Position numbers and translations under genes: made by a program. A stretch of 32,000 nt of DNA from Haloferax volcanii DS2 (GTDB lineage: Archaea; Halobacteriota; Halobacteria; Halobacteriales; Haloferacaceae). The notes below the pieces were generated by a model. The model saw nothing but the letters and a program-made list of their open reading frames with translations. It was not told where the DNA came from and ran no database searches. Shown here one piece after another: positions 26,671-32,000 of this stretch (positions are counted from its first letter, which is position 1; every line of letters begins with the position of its first letter). Location of the stretch: contig NC_013967.1 of assembly GCF_000025685.1 (NCBI RefSeq), forward strand, positions 690,001-722,000. Reading direction: 5' to 3'.

Positions 26671-27192
26671 ATGGACATCGCGGTGGGAAGCGGCAACCCG
26701 GTGAAGCGGCGCGCGGTCGAACGAACCTGCCCCGACGCCTCCGTGGCGGCGGTCGTCGTCGACTCGGGCGTCTCCGAACAGCCGACGGGCCACGACGAGA
26801 CCATCGCGGGCGCGGTCACCCGCGCGGAACGAGCCCTCGGCGCGGGCGACTACGACTTCGGCGTCGGCATCGAGGGCGGCGTGGCGGCCTTCTCGGCCGG
26901 CGACGGCACAGACGAGACCGACCTGTACCTCGTGATGTGGGCGGCCGTGACCGACGGCGAGCGCGTCGGTCGCGCGGCGGGACCGAGCCTCGCGCTCCCC
27001 GCCCGCATCGCGGACCGCATCGACGCGGGCGAGGAACTCGGCCCGGTGATGGACGACGTGCTCGGCACCGACGATATCGCGAAAAACGAGGGCGCGGCGG
27101 GCGTGTTCACCGGCGGCCGCCTCACTCGCACCGACGCGCTCGAATCGGCCGTGACGGGCGCGTTCGCGCCGTTCCGGTGTGAACTGTACTGA
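26671..27192 (+). CDS. YjjX/DUF84-type inosine/xanthosine triphosphatase
   Basis: N-terminal IAVGSGNPVKRRAV and SGVSEQP motifs. ATG at 26671; the ORF-track extension is Arg-rich. Confidence 0.75.
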   Translation: MDIAVGSGNPVKRRAVERTCPDASVAAVVVDSGVSEQPTGHDETIAGAVTRAERALGAGDYDFGVGIEGGVAAFSAGDGTDETDLYLVMWAAVTDGERVGRAAGPSLALPARIADRIDAGEELGPVMDDVLGTDDIAKNEGAAGVFTGGRLTRTDALESAVTGAFAPFRCELY

Positions 27193-27209
27193 GTCGGACT
27201 GAGCCGACT
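27192..27209. terminator. small hairpin (AGTCGG-ACTGAG-CCGACT) between convergent genes
   Basis: 6-bp arms lying between the NTPase stop (27190-27192) and the aglD stop (27217-27219). Confidence 0.3.
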
Positions 27210-27216
27210 GCGCACG

Positions 27217-29091
27217 TCACTTCGAGTCAGCGAGTTCGTGTTCGCGGTCGCGCACCTCGGCGCTCTCTTCGACCGCGGTCGTCAGCGAGACGTTGAGCGA
27301 CAGCATCGAGCCGACGCCGCCGACGATGGTGACGGCGTTTTTCACCGCGTGGTCGAGGACCGCGGCGGCGAGCGCGGCGGCGGGCGTGACCGGCGCGAGC
27401 GCGGCCATGAACACCGTGAAGGCGATTTCGTAGAGGCCGACGCCGCCGGGCGAGAGCGGAAGCACCTTCGCGAGGTTGCCGACGCTCACGGCGAAAAACG
27501 AGACGCCGACGAGCACGACGGGGTCGATGTCGACGCCGAGCGCGAGCAGGACGACGACCGCGGTCACCACGTCGACGGTCCAGATGGCGAGGCTCGTCAG
27601 ACCGACGCGGCCGAAGGCGGCGCGGTTGCCGGCGACCGCCTGCAAGTCGGAGACGAACTGCTCGATGACGCCCGCGACGAGTTCGACGTAGGAGTCAGAC
27701 GAGAACCGGCCGACGAACGCCCGGACGACGTTCCGGTCCGCGCGGGCCGACAGCGCGATGCCGAGGACGCCGAGGATGGCGACGACGCCGACGCCGGTGG
27801 CGACGTAGGCGGCGGTGCGCACGTCGTCGGCCGACACGTCGACCGAGCCGCCGCTCACGCCGGTCGCGAGCACGGTGGCGATGTCGTCGAGGCCGCCGGT
27901 CGCCGCGAGGCCGACGAGGACGACGCCCGCGAGCCCCGCGATGGTGAGCAGGTCGAAGACGCGCTCGACCGCCAGCGACGCGAAGCCCGAGGGGTACGGG
28001 ATGTTCCGGCGCGCCTTCACGACGTAGGCGCGCACGGCGTCGCCCGCGCGGGCGGGGAACACGAGGTTCCCGGTCTGACTGATGAATATCGCCCCCGTGA
28101 GGAAGCCCGCCTTCTCGCGGTAGCCGAGTTCGCGGAGGATCTCGCGGTAGCGAATCCCCCGGAGCGGCCACGAGACGACGTAGATAACCGCGGCGGCCGC
28201 GACGAGCGCGGGGTCGGCGTCGCCGAGCACCGAGATGACCTCCGAGGGGTCGATGTACAGCGTCATCAGCGCGAGCGCGAGGACGGTCAAAAGCAGGCCG
28301 GCGACGATGGTCACCCGGCGGGTGATGCGGGGCCGGACCGTGAGCTGCCACCACGTCCGGAGGATCTGGCTTCCCATCCCGAGGATGTCGCGGACGAGGT
28401 CGACTTTCGTGTCGCCTTTCGGCTCCCAGTCGACGGGGAACTCGGCGACCCGAAAGCCCGCGCGCTGGGCGCGGACGAGCATCTCCGTGTCCCAAAACCA
28501 GTGGTTGTCCTCTACGTCGTCGCGGAGCGCCTCGAACGCCTCGCGGCTGAACGCCTTGAAGCCGCACTGGTGGTCGCGGAGGTCCGAGCGGAGAAACAGG
28601 CGGACGAGGCCGTTGTATGCGCGACTCGGCACGCCGCGTTTCCGCGGACGGTCGGCGACGCGGTCGGGCATCCAGCGCGACCCGGTCGCGGCGTCGTACT
28701 CGCCGGAGCGGACGCGCTCGACCAGCTCTTCGAGGTGTCGCATGTCCGTGGCGAGGTCCGTGTCGAAGTAGACGAGCGTGTCGCCGCGTGCGGCCTCGAA
28801 GGCGCGTTCGAGCGCGCCGCCGCGACCGAGGCGGTCGTCGCTGTGGTAGTGGCGAATCCGGTCGTCCTCGGCGGCCAACCGGTCGGCTATCTCCGGCGTC
28901 TCGTCGTCGCAGCCGTCTTCGGCCACGATGACTTCGAAGGCGTCGGCGGGGAGGAACGATTCGAGCGTCTCGACGGTGACGCGGACCGTGTTCTCGATGG
29001 TCCGCGCCTCGTTGTAGGCGGGGAGGACAACGCTCACTTCGACGCCGGCCGCGGTTGCGGCGGCCGGGCGTCGTTCTGTCGGGCGACCCAT
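27217..29091 (-). CDS. aglD: dolichyl-phosphate hexose synthase-type GT2 fused to a multi-TM UPF0104 (flippase-like) domain; AglD of the N-glycosylation pathway
   Basis: VVLPAYNE and EDGCDDET motifs, then FDTD with D110/D112, the DXD positions I recall being published for H. volcanii AglD. 624 aa with a polytopic C-terminal half. Confidence 0.85.
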   Translation of the reverse strand: MGRPTERRPAAATAAGVEVSVVLPAYNEARTIENTVRVTVETLESFLPADAFEVIVAEDGCDDETPEIADRLAAEDDRIRHYHSDDRLGRGGALERAFEAARGDTLVYFDTDLATDMRHLEELVERVRSGEYDAATGSRWMPDRVADRPRKRGVPSRAYNGLVRLFLRSDLRDHQCGFKAFSREAFEALRDDVEDNHWFWDTEMLVRAQRAGFRVAEFPVDWEPKGDTKVDLVRDILGMGSQILRTWWQLTVRPRITRRVTIVAGLLLTVLALALMTLYIDPSEVISVLGDADPALVAAAAVIYVVSWPLRGIRYREILRELGYREKAGFLTGAIFISQTGNLVFPARAGDAVRAYVVKARRNIPYPSGFASLAVERVFDLLTIAGLAGVVLVGLAATGGLDDIATVLATGVSGGSVDVSADDVRTAAYVATGVGVVAILGVLGIALSARADRNVVRAFVGRFSSDSYVELVAGVIEQFVSDLQAVAGNRAAFGRVGLTSLAIWTVDVVTAVVVLLALGVDIDPVVLVGVSFFAVSVGNLAKVLPLSPGGVGLYEIAFTVFMAALAPVTPAAALAAAVLDHAVKNAVTIVGGVGSMLSLNVSLTTAVEESAEVRDREHELADSK

Positions 29092-29372
29092 TGTCGTCGT
29101 ATGGCCGCTATCCGCGTATGAATTTTCTGTCTTGGAGTCGGTACGCTCCGCTTAGACGGAAGTTCGGAGCGCTCGGGCGTTCGACGGCGTGCCGGTCTCT
29201 CCCGACTATCTCCCCATTGATGTGTCCGCGTCGCGTGGCTGTTAGGCGACTGTACCTGCGACGGCGCGGTGGGGCCTCCCCGAGGGCTCGTTTTTGGGGG
29301 AAATCGCAAGACTGCGACGTGTTAAGCTCCCGTACCAAACCCCTGATAGGCGTCTCGTCTCTCTGTGTAGGT

Positions 29373-29642
29373 ATGAGCACGACCGCCTCCGCCGCCGCGG
29401 TCGAGGGCGAAGCCCCCGACACCAAACCCAGCCTCTCGGAGAAACAGCGCCGCATCCTCGACTACCTCCGTTCGAACGCCGGCGCGAAGACGTACTTCAA
29501 ATCCCGCCTCATCGCCGACGACCTCGACCTCTCCGCGAAGGAGGTCGGCGCGAACATGCGTCCCATACTCGACGGCGACTTCGACGTGACCGTCGAGAAG
29601 TGGGGCTACTCCTCCGGCACAACGTGGAAGGTGACCGTCTGA
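29373..29642 (+). CDS. small winged-helix-like protein (DUF7123-type)
   Basis: SEKQRRILDYLRSNAG...LSAKEVGANM. High GC3 from the ATG at 29373; the upstream part of the ORF-track entry looks non-coding. Confidence 0.6.
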   Translation: MSTTASAAAVEGEAPDTKPSLSEKQRRILDYLRSNAGAKTYFKSRLIADDLDLSAKEVGANMRPILDGDFDVTVEKWGYSSGTTWKVTV

Positions 29643-29768
29643 GCCCCCGCTGACGCTTCACTCTGCCCCCGCCGCACGCCGTCTCCGGCGTGCACCCCGG
29701 CGCGTCCTCCCTCGCGCCACCACGCACGGAACGCCGTCGTCTCCCACCCCACGTCGTTCCATCCCCGC

Positions 29769-29784
29769 TTTTTCGGTTTTTTTT
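29769..29784 (+). terminator. double oligo-T tract (T5 then T8)
   Basis: CTTTTTCGGTTTTTTTTC, about 130 nt after the stop of the 29373-29642 gene. Confidence 0.5.
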
Positions 29785-29858
29785 CGCGTCCCAGCGCCGC
29801 CGCTGAATGTTCCGGTTCCGAATCGACGGAGCAGCGCCGGCACCGACTCCCGGCCCGG

Positions 29859-30482
29859 TCAGGGGTCGAAGCGGATGAGGTCGGCCGCGTCGTCAGCGAA
29901 CGCCGCGGCGTCGGAGCCGAAGGAGTCGGCGTAGCGAATCAGCAGCGTGATAACCGTCTCAGGGTTGCGGACCGCGTAGCCGTCCTCGCGCGAGAGGAGG
30001 CCCACGGCGTCGAGTTCCTTCGCGTAGGTGCTCACCGTCGCCCGCGAGACGCCCAGTCGGGCGGCGAGTTCGCTCCCCGTCGCCGCGGGGTCGCGAAGCA
30101 GGTGGACGAGCATCCCGCGCGGCGTGTCGCGGCGCAGGTAGCCGAGGGTGACCTGCTCGAACTCCGAGAACCGGCCCGCGGGGAAAAACCGCTTGTAGTC
30201 GCCGTCGCGGCTGACTTCGAGGGTGCCGTCGTCGACGAGGTTCCGAAGGTGGTACTGCGTCTCGCCGGTTCCCAACTGGAGGTCGTCGCGGACCTTCGAG
30301 AAGTGCGCGCCGGGGGTCGAGGCGACGTAGCCGACGATGGCGTCCCGCGCGTCGCTCGACCCCGACGAGTCGTCCTCGCCGTCGTCGCCGCCCCCGAGGC
30401 CCACGAGCGGCGTGGCGGCCCCGAGCGCGGCGAATCGACGGAGGGTCGCGCGCTTGTCTTCGTCTACCCGGCGGTTCGACAT
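29859..30482 (-). CDS. tandem winged-helix (ArsR/IclR-like) DNA-binding protein with an N-terminal twin-arginine-like motif
   Basis: Two wHTH units (HFSKVRDDLQLGTGETQYHLRNLVDDG and GSELAARLGVSRATVSTYAKELDAVG). The N-terminus is TLRRFAALGAATPLVGLGGG. Confidence 0.7.
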   Translation of the reverse strand: MSNRRVDEDKRATLRRFAALGAATPLVGLGGGDDGEDDSSGSSDARDAIVGYVASTPGAHFSKVRDDLQLGTGETQYHLRNLVDDGTLEVSRDGDYKRFFPAGRFSEFEQVTLGYLRRDTPRGMLVHLLRDPAATGSELAARLGVSRATVSTYAKELDAVGLLSREDGYAVRNPETVITLLIRYADSFGSDAAAFADDAADLIRFDP

Positions 30483-30564
30483 CTACCACCACATACGAGA
30501 CGGCGCGAAGAAAAGGGCTTCGGCGTGTACACCCGTCCGAATCCGGGACGGTCCGGCGACGCGA

Positions 30565-31839
30565 CTATTCGAGGTCCTTCTCGAAGGATATCTCGCTTTC
30601 GTCGTCGTCGGCCTCGTCGGCGGCCGGTTGGCCGTTACCCGCGGAGTTCGCGTCCGCCGAGCCGTCGGTCGCGGCCGCGTCCCCTGCGCCCTCGCTTTCC
30701 GCGACGACCTCGTCGGACGACTTGATGGGCTGTTCGTCCTCGTCGGCCTCGGCGATGACCTCGTCGGGCGACTTGATGTCGTTGACCTCCGCGCCGGCCT
30801 TGATGGCCTCGGCCTCCTGTTCGAGCTGTTCGACGTTCATCTCCGCGGCTTGGTCTATCTGGCCGAGGATCTCCTCGATGTCGTCGAGGCCGATGAGCTC
30901 GCGGGTCTCCTCGTCGAACTGCTTGCTGGAGAGGCCCTCCATGTCCTGTACGTCGGAGCCGGTGAGCTGTTTGCCGTAGCGGCCGACGAGCGAGGTGAGC
31001 TCCTGCGGGAGGACGAACGTCGTCGACTCGCCCTGTCCGATGCGTTCGAGCGTCTCCATGCCTTTGTCGATGATGGCGCGCTCGCCCATCGACTCGGCGG
31101 ACTTCGCGCGGAGCACCGTCGAGATGGCGTCACCCTGCGCTTCGAGAATCTGCGACTGCTTTTCACCCTGCGCGCGGATGATGTTCGACTGCTTTTCACC
31201 CTCGGCCTGCTCGACGGCGGAGCGGCGCTCACCCTGCGCTTCGAGAATCATGGCGCGGCGGCGGCGCTCGGCGGAGGTCTGCTGCTCCATCGCCTGCTGC
31301 ACGTCGGCGCTGGGGTTGACCTCGCGGACCTCGACGGACTCCACGCGGACGCCCCACTCGTCGGTCGGCTCGTCGAGCTCCTTGCGGATGCGGGCGTTGA
31401 TTTCCTGGCGCTTGTTGAGCGTGTCGTCGAGTTCCATGTCGCCGAGGACCGCCCGGAGCGTCGTCTGGGCGAGGTTGGAGACGGCGCGCTTGTAGTCGTC
31501 GACTTCGAGGAACGCCTTCTTCGCGTCCATCACCTTGATGTAGACGACCGCGTCGGCCGTGACCGGCGAGTTGTCGCGCGTGATGGCTTCCTGCCGGGGC
31601 ACGTCGAGCGTCTGGGTCCGCATGTCGAACGCGTAGGTCCGAGAGACGAACGGCGGGATGAAGTTGATACCCGGTTCGAGGAGCCGTCGGAACTCACCGA
31701 ACACCGTGAGCGCCTTCTTCTCGTAGGCGTCCACGATTTCGACCATCTGGTACACCGTCACGATGGCGAGGACGAGCACGAGGAGGCCGACGACGACGCC
31801 TCCGATACCCAGCCCCGCTTGGAGGGCAAGTAGGTCCAT
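30565..31839 (-). CDS. SPFH/band-7 (stomatin-prohibitin) domain membrane protein with an acidic C-terminal tail
   Basis: N-terminal TM helix, SPFH core (EAITRDNSPVTADAVVYIKV, LRAVLGDMELDD) and a coiled-coil repeat region. TATA-like ACTTATCA about 29 bp upstream of the ATG. Confidence 0.85.
   Translation of the reverse strand: MDLLALQAGLGIGGVVVGLLVLVLAIVTVYQMVEIVDAYEKKALTVFGEFRRLLEPGINFIPPFVSRTYAFDMRTQTLDVPRQEAITRDNSPVTADAVVYIKVMDAKKAFLEVDDYKRAVSNLAQTTLRAVLGDMELDDTLNKRQEINARIRKELDEPTDEWGVRVESVEVREVNPSADVQQAMEQQTSAERRRRAMILEAQGERRSAVEQAEGEKQSNIIRAQGEKQSQILEAQGDAISTVLRAKSAESMGERAIIDKGMETLERIGQGESTTFVLPQELTSLVGRYGKQLTGSDVQDMEGLSSKQFDEETRELIGLDDIEEILGQIDQAAEMNVEQLEQEAEAIKAGAEVNDIKSPDEVIAEADEDEQPIKSSDEVVAESEGAGDAAATDGSADANSAGNGQPAADEADDDESEISFEKDLE
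31131..31249. repeat. intragenic 33-nt periodic repeat inside the SPFH gene
   Basis: A 20-nt exact repeat at 31131-31150 and 31230-31249, and a 17-nt exact repeat at 31153-31169 and 31186-31202. Confidence 0.8.
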
Positions 31840-31925
31840 ACGCCCGCCTTGGGTTGGCAGAATGATAAGTATTCGTGTGATACGGGCGTCACGTCGGACG
31901 GTTTCGGGGCTGACGGGGCGTCAGA

Positions 31926-31956
31926 TGGCGGTTCGGGTCGGTGGCGGTTCGGGCCG
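31926..31956. repeat. two tandem copies of TGGCGGTTCGGG(T/C)CG, period 16
   Basis: Copies at 31926-31940 and 31942-31956, 14/15 identical. A degenerate third copy lies around 31898-31909. Confidence 0.5.
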
Positions 31957-32000
31957 ACCACGGCGTCGTGGCCGGAGGTCAGACGCCTTCCGTGCCCTCG

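Noticed and set aside
27238-29121. 627-aa plus-strand ORF antisense to aglD; likewise 30337-31833 antisense to the SPFH gene and 8875-10140 off-frame within the permease gene
   Set aside because: Their products are Arg/Asp/Gly-rich, low-complexity and motif-free. In each case the alternative frame encodes a clearly recognisable protein.
29643-29768. C-rich 3' region (seven C-runs of 3 or more) as a G-quadruplex or i-motif element
   Set aside because: Only three runs are closely spaced, and the fourth would need a loop of about 30 nt. High-GC intergenic DNA produces such runs readily. I kept only the downstream oligo-T tracts, as a terminator.
31979-32000. Possible 3' end of another minus-strand gene (…EGTEGV-stop)
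   Set aside because: Only about 20 nt are visible, too little to support a feature.

Overview
High-G+C, acidic-proteome sequence typical of a haloarchaeal (Halobacteria) main chromosome. From memory, gene content and order match the Haloferax volcanii region around cct3, lonB-abi, trpCBA and aglD; the AglD-like protein has its DXD motif at D110/D112. I could not confirm this by search. I support 35 protein-coding genes, and most ORF-track entries are antisense or off-frame shadows of them. In order: HhH-tailed protein (partial), TRAM protein, YkgJ Cys-cluster protein, MBL hydrolase, small wHTH, zinc-finger microprotein, SAM methyltransferase, GT2, amidohydrolase-fold protein, HTH_10 regulator plus HalOD1 protein, thermosome subunit, APC permease, a tightly coupled nadM-DUF62-UPF0126/TRIC operon, lonB-abi, a small membrane protein, an MGMT-like protein, trpC-trpB-trpA-aroA', ogt, aroB', a zinc-ribbon membrane protein, a CTAG-type DNA methyltransferase, tfb, a leaderless BtuF-like binding protein, a YjjX-type NTPase, aglD, a DUF7123-like wHTH, a tandem-wHTH protein and an SPFH protein. 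I found no rRNA, tRNA, CRISPR array, transposase or integrase, and no recognisable defence island. This looks like core chromosome, and I do not see a convincing new multi-gene system. The points most worth a second look are: (1) the trpCBA control region, with two TGTACA palindromes exactly 20 bp apart over the TATA/start region and an 11-bp perfect inverted repeat; (2) the divergent MGMT-fold gene next to it, whose catalytic Cys is Asp (PDHRV), while a canonical PCHRV ogt sits between aroA' and aroB'; (3) a ~750-bp lower-GC stretch upstream of aroB' with no convincing gene, ending in a perfect 9-bp inverted repeat that brackets an AT-rich core; (4) only five CTAG sites in 32 kb, four within 50 bp of a start codon, in a window that itself encodes the CTAG-type methyltransferase; (5) an amidohydrolase-fold protein in which every expected metal ligand appears substituted.
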